Assembly: GCA_964291295.2 (NCBI GenBank)
Contig: OZ219754.1
Coordinates: forward strand, 2,912,001 to 2,976,000
From: an uncultured Candidatus Binatia bacterium
GTDB lineage: Bacteria; Desulfobacterota; Binatia; UBA9968; JAJDTQ01
Direction: 5' to 3'
DNA: 64,000 nucleotides
Below the pieces are notes generated by a model. It saw only the letters and a list, made by a program, of their open reading frames with translations. It ran no database searches and was not told where the DNA came from. Below, one piece after another: positions 51,037 through 60,540 of this stretch (within the stretch, counting starts at the first letter, position 1; each line of letters begins with the position of its first letter). The position numbers were made by a program, and so were the translations under genes.

Positions 51037-51074
51037 GACATTCCGCCTCACAACATTCCGCCTCATGACATTCC
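51032..51074. repeat. 15-bp tandem repeat x3 at the mlaC start
   Basis: ctcatgacattccgc / ctcacaacattccgc / ctcatgacattcc. Confidence 0.85.
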
Positions 51075-51083
51075 AAGCGAACC

Positions 51084-51112
51084 AATCTACGCAATAATCA
51101 CGGGGAATCCAA
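51084..51112 (-). promoter_or_regulatory. Putative sigma70 promoter of mlaC
   Basis: TTGGAT-17 nt-TAGATT. Confidence 0.4.
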
Positions 51113-51135
51113 ACAAGGCGCGCCCCCGGACCGCC

Positions 51136-51933
51136 TCAGGCAAGCCGCACGGCCTTGGAGAAGTCGTAGTCGGACGGCAGGTCGGCCTCGAAATCCCAAG
51201 CCACTCGGGGGCCGCTCTCCCCGCCGCCCAGGTGTTGCTGGAGAAACCGGAACAACAGCATCCAGGCCGCCTCGGCGGCTTCCGGACGGTAGCGCCCGGG
51301 CATGGTGTCGTTGAGCCAGCCGTGGGGAGCACCCCGGAAAATGCGGATGGAGTAGCTCTTCCAGGCCTCCTCCAGCGCGTTCCGGAAACGCCGCACGTCC
51401 GGCACCGAAATGATGTGGTCGCTGTCGCCGAAGACCCCCAGTACGGGGCAGGACAACCGCCTGATGAACTCTCCCACCGGCGTCGGGCGCTCTTCGTGGG
51501 GCTCCCAGTCCCGCTGGTAGATCCCGCCGTAGAACACCACGGCACACCGAAGGTCGTCCCGGTGGGCGGCCGCCAGCAGCGGTTGCCGTCCCGTCTGGCA
51601 TACGCCCATCACCGCCATGCGGCCGGCGTCCACGAAGTCCTGCCCGCGCAGGCAGGTCATGCACGCGTCGAGGTCGGCCAGCGCCTCGTCGTCACGGATG
51701 CCGACACCCACCTCACCGCGAGCCAGGGCTTCCCGGTCCCCGGTGAATCGCGAGAACATGTCGGGAGCCAGCGCCACATAGCCGTTCCCGGCCAGCCGCT
51801 CGGCAATGTCGGTGGTGTGCGGCACGATGCCATAGCGCTCGTGGAGCTGGATCACCGCCGGCCACCGGCCGCTTCCCGACGGTCTTGCCAGGTAACCCTT
51901 CCTGCCCGCCGCGAACTCGATCTCCGCAATCAT
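51136..51933 (-). CDS. Dienelactone hydrolase family protein
   Basis: HERYG, GYVALAPD, GVCQTG nucleophile, GDSD, GAPHGW. Confidence 0.87.
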   Translation of the reverse strand: MIAEIEFAAGRKGYLARPSGSGRWPAVIQLHERYGIVPHTTDIAERLAGNGYVALAPDMFSRFTGDREALARGEVGVGIRDDEALADLDACMTCLRGQDFVDAGRMAVMGVCQTGRQPLLAAAHRDDLRCAVVFYGGIYQRDWEPHEERPTPVGEFIRRLSCPVLGVFGDSDHIISVPDVRRFRNALEEAWKSYSIRIFRGAPHGWLNDTMPGRYRPEAAEAAWMLLFRFLQQHLGGGESGPRVAWDFEADLPSDYDFSKAVRLA

Positions 51934-52079
51934 GCCCGACCCTCCTTCATGGACCTCATGGTGTGCGCACGCAAAGCGTCCGGTCTGAACCGTATCAAAT
52001 CGGACCCGGCGAAGCGACGAAAGGCGCGACCCCCAGGCTGGCCTGTCCGGTGCTTTCACGCTAGTCTGGAACACCACCC

Positions 52080-53153
52080 GTGCCGAAGATCACCCACATC
52101 GAAGCGCGCGCCCTGAACGCGCCCCTCAAGGCTCCCTTCACCATTGCCGGAGCGCGGCTGGACGCGGTGCGCAACGTCGCCGTGCGGCTTGACCTGGCCG
52201 GTGGCGCCAGCGGCTGGGGGGAGATCCCGATCCTGCCGGCGGTGACGCCGGAAGACCAGCCCGCCGCCTTGGCCGCGTCCCGGCGGGCGGCGCAGGCATG
52301 GACCGGCCGGGACGCCCTGCGCTGGCGGCCGCTGCTGAAGGAGCTCTGCCGCCTGCTTCCGGACACGCCGACGGTCAGGGCCGGCATGGAGATGGCGCTG
52401 TTCGACGCCCTGGCGCGCCAATGGAACATTCCCCTCTTCGCATTCTTTGGCGGCGCCGCCGATCACGTCGTCACCGACATCACCATCCCCATGTGCGGGC
52501 CGGAAGAAGCCCGCAGGCTTGCGGCCGCGTACCGCGGGCTCGGATTCACCACCCTGAAAACCAAGGTCGGAGCCGATCCGGACGCCGACATCGAACGCGT
52601 CGCGGCCATCCGCGCAGGTCACCCGACCAGCGACCTCATCCTCGACGCCAACGGCGGCTACAACGTGACCCGGACCCTGGCGGTGCTGCGGACCCTTCGC
52701 CGCAAGGGACTGGAACCGGCCCTGCTGGAGCAGCCGGTGCCGCGGGAGGACCGGGACGGCCAGGCCCGCCTGGTGCGCGAAGCCGGCGTTCCGGTGGCCG
52801 CGGACGAATCCTGCCGCTCGTCCGAGGACGCCGCCGGCATCGCCCGGGATCGCCTGGCTCACGTGATCAACATCAAGCTGGCCAAGTGCGGCGTGGCCCA
52901 GGCCCTGGAGATCATCGCCATCGCCCGGGCGGCGGGCCTCGGACTCATGATCGGCGGCATGGTGGAGACGCGGCTGGCCATGGGCTTCAGCGCGCACCTG
53001 GCGGCGGGCACCGGCGCCTTCCGGTGGATCGACCTCGACACCCCCATGCTGCTGGCCGAGGATCCGGTGCGCCACGGCTACACGGTCGACGGACCGCGCT
53101 ACCAGCTCGGCCACATCACCGCCGGCCACGGCAGCGAGCCGACAGGATGGTAG
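52080..53153 (+). CDS. Dipeptide (L-Ala-D/L-Glu) epimerase, enolase superfamily
   Basis: KTKVG, DANGG, EQP, ADES, NIKLAKCG, DLD. Confidence 0.88.
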   Translation: MPKITHIEARALNAPLKAPFTIAGARLDAVRNVAVRLDLAGGASGWGEIPILPAVTPEDQPAALAASRRAAQAWTGRDALRWRPLLKELCRLLPDTPTVRAGMEMALFDALARQWNIPLFAFFGGAADHVVTDITIPMCGPEEARRLAAAYRGLGFTTLKTKVGADPDADIERVAAIRAGHPTSDLILDANGGYNVTRTLAVLRTLRRKGLEPALLEQPVPREDRDGQARLVREAGVPVAADESCRSSEDAAGIARDRLAHVINIKLAKCGVAQALEIIAIARAAGLGLMIGGMVETRLAMGFSAHLAAGTGAFRWIDLDTPMLLAEDPVRHGYTVDGPRYQLGHITAGHGSEPTGW

Positions 53154-53245
53154 AACCGCCCCGGTGATGGCGACGCCCTGGAGACGGCGGCGGTGTGCCG
53201 GCACGTTCTGACCGGCCCGCAACCGCAGAGTGACAGGGAGCGCGC

Positions 53246-54196
53246 TCAAGTGCCGGAACGGGTCACGCCGAGGCTTCGGAGCCGGGCCATGAGAAGCTCC
53301 GGCGCCATGGGCCGGCGCAGGAGTTCCCGCACGCCCTCGCCGGCCTCGCCAGGCTCGGCTGCCCGGGCCAGGAGGGTCGCCAGCGGCACCTCCGTCCGCG
53401 CCCATTGCCGCACGGGATAGAGCGCATCAATGGCCGCGACCCGCAGATCATACGGTTCTCTGAATGCGGCGGTGGCGGCGATGAACGCCCGGACCGTTTC
53501 GGCAAGCGCGTCTTCCCCGGGCGATCCCTCTCCGACGCCATGCCGGATCGCGGTCGAGGAGTGGTCCCTGAGCCCGGCGGCGAGCGCCAGCGGTTGAACC
53601 CGGTCCCGGTAAGGGGCGTTCCCGGGGCGCTCCAGCAACGCATACAATTCGCCGGCGCCCCACTCCCCCCGGTTGGCGGCCACCAGCCTTGCCTGGGCGA
53701 ACAGCCCATCCAGTGCCCGGTCGCGGTCGTCGTAGTATTTCCCATCGAAAATCTGGAGCACCTTGTCCATGCCCACGATGACCCAGAGTTCCGCCGCCCG
53801 GCCGAAGCTCGCCCGGAACGCCGGCGCCTGCTCGGAGTAGAGGCCGCGGTTCACCACCGCCACCGCGGCCCATGGGTGGGCGCACGCGAGCAGCGACAGC
53901 AGCAGCAGGCGGTCCTCGCGGCACAGGCCTTCCACCCGCTCCTTGTCGACGATGACGCTGCTCAGGGAGTAGACGACATGATCCAGATCGAAACGGCGCC
54001 GGGCGGCGCCGGCGAGATCGGTATGGGCAAGGGTGGGCGGATTGAAGGAGCCCGGAAGGATGCCGACCCGGCCACCTTCGATACGGTGCGGGCCGGCCAC
54101 CAGGACGGCGGCCGGCACCGGAGCAGCCTCAACGGCCGCCAGCGCCTCGCGGAAGCCGAAGAGGCGCCCGAGGTCGTGAAAGTCCTGCTGCGACAA
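53246..54196 (-). CDS. Nicotinate/nicotinamide-nucleotide adenylyltransferase-like protein
   Basis: GSFNPPTLAH, VGMDK, SSTAIR. Confidence 0.75.
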   Translation of the reverse strand: MSQQDFHDLGRLFGFREALAAVEAAPVPAAVLVAGPHRIEGGRVGILPGSFNPPTLAHTDLAGAARRRFDLDHVVYSLSSVIVDKERVEGLCREDRLLLLSLLACAHPWAAVAVVNRGLYSEQAPAFRASFGRAAELWVIVGMDKVLQIFDGKYYDDRDRALDGLFAQARLVAANRGEWGAGELYALLERPGNAPYRDRVQPLALAAGLRDHSSTAIRHGVGEGSPGEDALAETVRAFIAATAAFREPYDLRVAAIDALYPVRQWARTEVPLATLLARAAEPGEAGEGVRELLRRPMAPELLMARLRSLGVTRSGT

Positions 54197-54202
54197 GCTC
54201 TC

Positions 54203-54349
54203 CTATTTCCAGATTGCGGGACTGTCTTCCTCGGGGAAACAGGCATCGCAGAAGGGGCAGTGAAACTCCATGCCCGAGCCCAGCATGTGTGGGTTCACCA
54301 CGAACTTTCCATTGCATTTCGGACACGTCACCTCGACAGCCTGACCCAT
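54203..54349 (-). CDS. 48-aa Zn-ribbon protein
   Basis: SD AAAGGAG; CPKC...CPFC; lies between UbiD and the NadD-like gene. Confidence 0.75.
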   Translation of the reverse strand: MGQAVEVTCPKCNGKFVVNPHMLGSGMEFHCPFCDACFPEEDSPAIWK

Positions 54350-54383
54350 GAAGGTCTCCTTTCCGCCGGTTCTGCTCGAACGC

Positions 54384-55829
54384 CTACGACCAGTAGGTCG
54401 TCCGATCAATGGGGATGTGCGAAAGGATCTCGCCGGGAATGAAATCCTCGACCTTGATCCGGCTCATGGCCTCGTCCGGAACCTTGGACACCGGCGAGAA
54501 CGGCCGGTCCAGCGGACGCGTGGCGTCGACGATCATCCCTGAGGTCTTGATCTCGTCCACCAGGGACGGATCCAGGAAGTTGCCGCGGAAGAGCGGTTTC
54601 AGGATCGACACCTGGCGGTGGGGCTGCACGCGCGTGGCCAGGGCCCACAGGATGTCCGTGGGATCGTACACGTTGATGTCCTCGTCGAAGACGAAGACGT
54701 TCTTGGTGTGGTCGAAGGTCAGGGCCGCGGCCGCCGCCCGTCCCGGATCGCCTTCCGACAGCTTGTTCATGGAGATGAAGACGTTGTAGTGGGCATGCCG
54801 GCCCATCTTGCAGACCGCTCGCACCCCGGGCACGGCCTCGCGGCAGCGGCGCAGATAGGCGCCCTCGCGCGGCAGATCCATCCACGGCTTGTCGCCCTCG
54901 GGCGTGATGATGGACTGGAACATGGCACCCCGGCGCCAGCTCATGGCGGTAACCTTGTACTCCACGCAGGTGGTGTAGCGCTGCGGCCCGAGATAGCCCG
55001 GGGCCTCGCCGAAGGGACCTTCCACCACCCGCTTGTTGGGTTGAAGCAGTCCCTCGATGACCACCTCCGCGTCCGCCGGGATCAGGAAGTTGTCGCCCCA
55101 GGTGGAGGACGGCGTGAGCCGCAGCGGCTCCTGCATGTAACCGCCGATGATGTCGAACTCGCTCACCTCGAACGGGCCGCTGTAGCACGCGCCCATGTGG
55201 TAGGTCGGGTGGTGCCCCAGCACCGTGGCCACGGGACACTCCATGTTGTTGTCCTCGTAGTCCTTGAATATCTTCCACAGGTGGCGCGGCGAGGCGTACA
55301 GCGCCGTGCTCCGGGGCGACTTGACCTCCATCCGGTGGTACGAGCAGTTGTAGATGCCGGACTGCCGCTCCTTTGTGATGGTGGACATGACGATGTAGGG
55401 ACCGCCGTCCATGTAGTGATGACGCATCACCGGGATCTGGTAGATGTCCACGTCCTTGCCGGTCTGCACGTTCTGCATGACCGGTGCCTGGTCGCGCTCG
55501 ATGACGACCGGCTCCAGACGGTGCTCCTCGCGTTCCAGGCAGACGTCGGTCATGGCCTCCCGGCTCGTGTCCCGGTCCAGACCGAGAGCCACCTGGGTCT
55601 TGCCCTGGGAGATCTCGCAGTTCATGGTCAGCTTGATGTCCGACGGTTGACCGTGGAGGTTCAACGGGTTGTCGAAGACCAGGATCGGGAACTTCCGCTG
55701 TTCGTCAAGGTGCTTGATGAGCGCGCTCACGTCGTAGTGAGCCGGATCCACCTGCTTGGTCACGTGGACCACCTCGTTGGGGATCTCCCGCCGGCAGTCT
55801 TCCAGAAACGATCCCAGGCTCTTGGGCAT
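54384..55829 (-). CDS. UbiD family prFMN-dependent (de)carboxylase
   Basis: DGGPYI, SYHRME, EGPFGEAPGY, DEDINVYD, WALATR. Confidence 0.92.
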   Translation of the reverse strand: MPKSLGSFLEDCRREIPNEVVHVTKQVDPAHYDVSALIKHLDEQRKFPILVFDNPLNLHGQPSDIKLTMNCEISQGKTQVALGLDRDTSREAMTDVCLEREEHRLEPVVIERDQAPVMQNVQTGKDVDIYQIPVMRHHYMDGGPYIVMSTITKERQSGIYNCSYHRMEVKSPRSTALYASPRHLWKIFKDYEDNNMECPVATVLGHHPTYHMGACYSGPFEVSEFDIIGGYMQEPLRLTPSSTWGDNFLIPADAEVVIEGLLQPNKRVVEGPFGEAPGYLGPQRYTTCVEYKVTAMSWRRGAMFQSIITPEGDKPWMDLPREGAYLRRCREAVPGVRAVCKMGRHAHYNVFISMNKLSEGDPGRAAAAALTFDHTKNVFVFDEDINVYDPTDILWALATRVQPHRQVSILKPLFRGNFLDPSLVDEIKTSGMIVDATRPLDRPFSPVSKVPDEAMSRIKVEDFIPGEILSHIPIDRTTYWS

Positions 55830-55863
55830 GTGTCACCTCTTTCGCGATGTACTGGAGGCTCGG

Positions 55864-55929
55864 TGTCGGATTTTCCGAACTCTGTCCGAACTCTGTGCCG
55901 GTCTGTGTCTCCCTGTCGGATTGTCCGAA
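55864..55929. promoter_or_regulatory. Two palindromic operator-like sites TGTCGGATT(T/G)TCCGAA
   Basis: At 55864-55879 and 55914-55929, exactly 50 bp apart; TCGGA-N3-TCCGA inverted repeat. Confidence 0.6.
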
Positions 55930-56053
55930 GATTCCGGGTTCTTAGCCGAAGCACCGAAGGTTGTCAAACCGGCCCCAGGGGCGGAGAATTGCAGTTGACA
56001 GGCGCGATCCAGCCGAAATACAACGACACAGGATCAAGCCCGGGAAGGAGCCC

Positions 56054-57127
56054 ATGATGAACCGACGTCGTGCAAGCCTTGCAGCCATGATCATTGCCTG
56101 GAGCCTCGCCCCCGGCACCGCGGCGGCCACCGTTTCGTTCGAGGGGAAGACCGTCGCCATTCTGATCCCCTACTCCGTTGGCGGCGCCGCCGACATCATG
56201 GCCCGCCAGATGCTGCCGTTCATCGGCAGACAGATCCCCGGGAACCCCACCACCATCATCAAGAACATGCCCGGGGGCGGCGGCATCGTGGGCGAGAACT
56301 GGGTCTACAATTCCGCCCCCGCCGACGGCACCATCATCGGTCAGTTCTCGACCTCGGTCACCGACACCATCTTCAAGCCCGCCAAGGTCAAGTTCGAACT
56401 GGACAAGCTTCAGTGGCTGGGCGGGGTGCGTGAGACCACCGTCACCTTCGTCAGCAGGGACCTCGGCATCACCAGGGGTGCGGAGATGGCAGGCCTCGGG
56501 AAGAAGATATTCTTCGGCACCACGTCGATCCAGAGCCCGCGCTCCATGATCCCGCGGCTGTTCCTGAAGATCCTGGGCCAGGACCACAGGCTGGTGACCG
56601 GCTACGGCAGCAGCGGCGACATGCGCGCGGCCATCCGACGGGGCGAGCTGAACATGACCAATGACAGCCAGAGCGGCTACTTCGCCGCGGTGCTGCCCAT
56701 GGTCGAGGACGGCGCGGTGGTGCCCGTCGCCCAGGAAGGCACCGTCCAGGACGGCAGGATCGTCCGTGATCCGCGCCTGCCGGACCTGCCCACCTATTAC
56801 GAGATCGTCCTGAAGCTCAAGGGTGAATCCATCAGGAAGGAGCCCGACTACCGCGCCATGGAGCTGCTGGCCTACCTCGGCGGCGTCCGGCGCGGCTGGG
56901 TCTACGCGGCGCGAGTTCCCGGGGACGTCTTCGACACCATGGCGGCGAGCTTCGACCGATTCCTGAAGGACAAGGAGATGATCGCCCATTTCAGAAAAGC
57001 CATCGGCTTCCGGCTCGTATCCCTGAACGCGCCCCAGGCCCGGGCCATCATCGACAAGGTGGTGGAGATCCGGAAGCGCGACCCCGAAGCCCTGGAGATC
57101 CTGAAGGCGATGGCGCAGAAGCCCTGA
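56054..57127 (+). CDS. tctC: Tripartite tricarboxylate transporter substrate-binding protein (TctC/Bug)
   Basis: Signal peptide, PYSVGGAADIMAR, NMPGGGG, DGTIIG. Confidence 0.85.
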   Translation: MMNRRRASLAAMIIAWSLAPGTAAATVSFEGKTVAILIPYSVGGAADIMARQMLPFIGRQIPGNPTTIIKNMPGGGGIVGENWVYNSAPADGTIIGQFSTSVTDTIFKPAKVKFELDKLQWLGGVRETTVTFVSRDLGITRGAEMAGLGKKIFFGTTSIQSPRSMIPRLFLKILGQDHRLVTGYGSSGDMRAAIRRGELNMTNDSQSGYFAAVLPMVEDGAVVPVAQEGTVQDGRIVRDPRLPDLPTYYEIVLKLKGESIRKEPDYRAMELLAYLGGVRRGWVYAARVPGDVFDTMAASFDRFLKDKEMIAHFRKAIGFRLVSLNAPQARAIIDKVVEIRKRDPEALEILKAMAQKP

Positions 57128-57160
57128 CCACGGCCACCGGACCGCCGCACTGGCTTCGCC

Positions 57161-58762
57161 GTGACCCTCCAACGCAGCCTGGGCGGGTTCATCCTGCTCG
57201 CGGTCCTCGCGGCGTGGCTCTTTCTGGCCCAGGGGCAGGCCGGGAAGATCGGCACCGCCTCCCTCGAAGGCCTTCTCCGGGTGTTCTCCTGGCCCGCCTT
57301 CGGCTACCTGCTGCTGGGCAACGCCATCGGCTTCGCCGTGGGCATGCTGCCGGGTCTCGGCGGGCCTGTCACCATGGCCCTCATGCTCGGGTTCGCGTTC
57401 CAGCTCGGGATGGACGCGGTGGAGGCCTTCTCCTTCCTGCTCGGGATGATGGCCGTGACCGCCACCACGGGCGACATCACCTCCATCCTGTTCGGCATCC
57501 CCGGCGAGGGGTCCACCGCCTCCACCATCGTCGAAGGCCACCCCCTGGCCAAGAAAGGAGAGGCCGGACGGGCCTTGGGCGCATCGCTCATGAGTTCGCT
57601 GATGGGGGCGATCATCGGCGCCGGCGCCATCGCCGTGGCCATTCCCGTCGTCACCCCGCTGGTGCTGGCTCTGGGCACCCCGGAGTTCTTCATGCTCACC
57701 ATCGCCGGGGTGACGTTCGTGGGCGCGCTGAGCGGCGGCAGCGTGGTCAAGGGGCTGGCCGCGGGCGGCCTGGGGTTCCTCTTCTCGCTGGTGGGGCTGG
57801 ACATGCAGACCGCCACCGAGCGCTACACCTTCGGCTTCATGTACCTGTGGGGCGGCGGGGAGACGGGCGGTGCCGGCATCGGCCTGGTGCCGGCCACGGT
57901 GGGGCTTTTCGCCATTCCGGAGATCATCGATCTGGCCACCAAGGGCGGCAGCATCGCCCAGGCCCGGGTCGGCCGCCTGGGCGGCGTGCTCCAGGGGGTC
58001 AAGGACGCGCTGAGACACGGGTGGCTGGTAGCGCGGTGCAGCGCCATGGGCACCTGTATCGGCATCATCCCGGGCATGGGCGGACCCGTGTCCCAGTGGG
58101 TGGCCTACGCTCTGGCGATGCGATCCTCGGGCAGGCAGGACCAGGTCGGGACCGGCGTCATCGAGGGCGTGCTGGGCCCGGGGGCGGCAAACAATTCGAC
58201 GCTGGGCGGCGCGCTCATCCCCACCATCGCCTTCGGCATCCCGGGCAACGTCACCACCGCCATCCTGCTGGGGGCGTTCCTCGTCCTGGGCCTGCGTCCC
58301 GGCACCACCATGCTGACCCGGGATCTGGACGTCACGTTCTCGCTGGTGTGGGTACTGGTGGTCTCCAATATCATCACGGTGTCGGTCTGTTTTCTCTTTC
58401 TGAACCAACTGGCCCGGCTCACGCGTATCCGGGGAACGCTGCTGATACCGCCGCTCCTGCTGTTCATCTATCTCGGCTCCTACACCCACACCCACAGTTT
58501 CGGCGACATCCTCGTCACGCTGTTCTTCGGCGCCCTGGGCTGGCTCATGGTGGTGTTCGACTGGTCCCGGCCGGCGCTCCTGCTGGGGCTGGTGCTGGGC
58601 CGGCTGGCCGACAACTACCTGTGGATCACCTACTCGCGCTACGATTTCGGCTTCATCACGCGACCCGGAGTGCTCATCATCCTGTGCGTCATCCTGGCCA
58701 GCATCTTCTATCCGGTGGTGAGCGACCGCCTGCGCCGCCGCGCCCCGGAGGCGAACTCATGA
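57161..58762 (+). CDS. tctA: Tripartite tricarboxylate transporter permease TctA
   Basis: GMLPGLGG, ILFGIPG, GIIPGMGG, AANNS, FGIPGN. Confidence 0.92.
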   Translation: MTLQRSLGGFILLAVLAAWLFLAQGQAGKIGTASLEGLLRVFSWPAFGYLLLGNAIGFAVGMLPGLGGPVTMALMLGFAFQLGMDAVEAFSFLLGMMAVTATTGDITSILFGIPGEGSTASTIVEGHPLAKKGEAGRALGASLMSSLMGAIIGAGAIAVAIPVVTPLVLALGTPEFFMLTIAGVTFVGALSGGSVVKGLAAGGLGFLFSLVGLDMQTATERYTFGFMYLWGGGETGGAGIGLVPATVGLFAIPEIIDLATKGGSIAQARVGRLGGVLQGVKDALRHGWLVARCSAMGTCIGIIPGMGGPVSQWVAYALAMRSSGRQDQVGTGVIEGVLGPGAANNSTLGGALIPTIAFGIPGNVTTAILLGAFLVLGLRPGTTMLTRDLDVTFSLVWVLVVSNIITVSVCFLFLNQLARLTRIRGTLLIPPLLLFIYLGSYTHTHSFGDILVTLFFGALGWLMVVFDWSRPALLLGLVLGRLADNYLWITYSRYDFGFITRPGVLIILCVILASIFYPVVSDRLRRRAPEANS

Positions 58763-59322
58763 GCTTCCGCCGTTATTCGACAGCCTTCACCGGGGCGCTG
58801 TTCCTGCTCGCCGCCTGGGCGCTATGGGAAGCCCGCGCGTGGGACATCCAGGCAAGCCTCATGGTCTGGCTCATCGGCGTGCCCACCGCGGCGCTGCTGG
58901 CACTGCAACTCGTGCGGGAACTCGCCGGACGGGCCGACGCGACCGCCGCCAGGGGCGGCGCGCCAAACCCCGTGGACGCGGCCACCGCTCGCCGCACTGC
59001 CGAGACCGTGGATGCGGCCGCGGAACGGCGCCGCACCGCGAGCATCATTGGCTGGATCCTCGGCTTCGCCGCGGCGCTCTGGCTGGCGGGTTTTCAGTTC
59101 GGCATCGGGCTGGCGACGTGGCTCTACCTCAGGCGCGCGGGCGAGCGCTGGCTCACCGTCATCACCATCACGGTCGCAGTGCTGGCCGGCGTCGTGCTGG
59201 TGTTCGACTGCGGCATGCACATCTTCTTCGCCGAGGGCAGGCTCTTTGCCTGGACCGGGCTCCGCACGAGCCCGCTCTTCGCCAGCTTCTGCCACCAGGT
59301 CACCAGCCCGTTCAAGGGGTGA
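58759..59322 (+). CDS. tctB: Tripartite tricarboxylate transporter small subunit TctB
   Basis: Four to five TM segments; ATG overlaps the tctA stop. Confidence 0.78.
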   Translation: MSFRRYSTAFTGALFLLAAWALWEARAWDIQASLMVWLIGVPTAALLALQLVRELAGRADATAARGGAPNPVDAATARRTAETVDAAAERRRTASIIGWILGFAAALWLAGFQFGIGLATWLYLRRAGERWLTVITITVAVLAGVVLVFDCGMHIFFAEGRLFAWTGLRTSPLFASFCHQVTSPFKG

Positions 59323-59413
59323 CCTCCACGGCCGCCCCTGGCACTGGCGCTCCCTCTCGCTGCAACGACGGAAGGAGTGGACGGGAGGACAGGCTTCAGG
59401 CAGGTGAGGGCGG

Positions 59414-60502
59414 CTACAATCCGTAGAGCGTCCGGGCGTTGTCGCTCAGGATCTTCCGCTTCTGCTCGTCCGAGATGGCGTCATTGCCGTTGAAGATGGT
59501 GAAGGCGTCCACCTCGCTCGAGGCGTCGGTATGGCCGTAGTCGGTGCCGATGACGATGTTGTCATCCCCCGCGTACTTCAGCACGTAAGGGAAGTCGTCG
59601 TCGGTCTGGGCCGACACGTAGATGTGGAAGGCCTTCATGGGATTCTCGGGATATTCCGCTGTTCCGGACCTCCGGATGGTCTCGTTCACCACCCACGGAA
59701 CCCACTGGGCAGAGGACTCGATGAAACCCCAGCGAAGCTTGGGAAACACCTTGGGCACTTCGCTCATCATCAGCGTGAAGCAGGTGGAGACCGTGGGAAT
59801 GCGGAACACCGGGAGCCCGCCGCCGCTGTCATAACGCGGCCGGAACTGGGTCGCCAGCCGGGGGCTGCCGTTGGCGATATGAATGCCCATCATCATGTCG
59901 AGGCGCTGGGCCTCGTCGAAGATCGGGTAGAAGTACGGGTCCACCAGGTGCCGGTCGCCCTCGAAGGGACGGAGGCAGACGCCCACCGCGCCATTCTCCC
60001 GGCTGAAGCGGACCTGCTCCAGGGCCTCGCTCATGGTCATGGCGGGGACCACGCAGACCCAGCGGAGACGGCCGCCGCCCTGCTTCCACACGTCCGCCAT
60101 CCAGCGGTTCCAGCTCGCGCACAGGGCGACCTCGGCGTCGGCGTGTTCCGTCACCTGCTCGATCCACAGCGTGTTGTACATGACCTGGACATCAATGCCG
60201 AGCTTGTCCAGGTGATCGAGCCGCAACTGGACGTCGCGCAACTCGCGCGCGTCCTGAGGCGTCTGCATCTGCCGTCCGGCCTTGGCCGAGACTTCGTCGA
60301 GTTGCTGCTCGCTCAACGTACTGAAACGGAAGCCCAGCACTTTTCCGTCCAGAACCCAGTACTGGGTCGTCGAGTCCTCGGAAGCGGCGAAAAGCTTCGG
60401 GCGGAACTTCTTCTCCGAAGCATCCAGATAGTCCCACGTGTGCTCCGTCTCCACCACATGGGCATCCGCATCCACTACGATTTCGGTTCCGTTGAAGGTC
60501 AT
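59414..60502 (-). CDS. Amidohydrolase_2 family protein
   Basis: DADAHVVE, GIH, FIES, GTDYGH, ILSDNARTLYGL. Confidence 0.9.
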   Translation of the reverse strand: MTFNGTEIVVDADAHVVETEHTWDYLDASEKKFRPKLFAASEDSTTQYWVLDGKVLGFRFSTLSEQQLDEVSAKAGRQMQTPQDARELRDVQLRLDHLDKLGIDVQVMYNTLWIEQVTEHADAEVALCASWNRWMADVWKQGGGRLRWVCVVPAMTMSEALEQVRFSRENGAVGVCLRPFEGDRHLVDPYFYPIFDEAQRLDMMMGIHIANGSPRLATQFRPRYDSGGGLPVFRIPTVSTCFTLMMSEVPKVFPKLRWGFIESSAQWVPWVVNETIRRSGTAEYPENPMKAFHIYVSAQTDDDFPYVLKYAGDDNIVIGTDYGHTDASSEVDAFTIFNGNDAISDEQKRKILSDNARTLYGL

Positions 60503-60540
60503 GTCCGTTCTCCTTTCGCCGGCGGCCTGTCGCCTCATGC

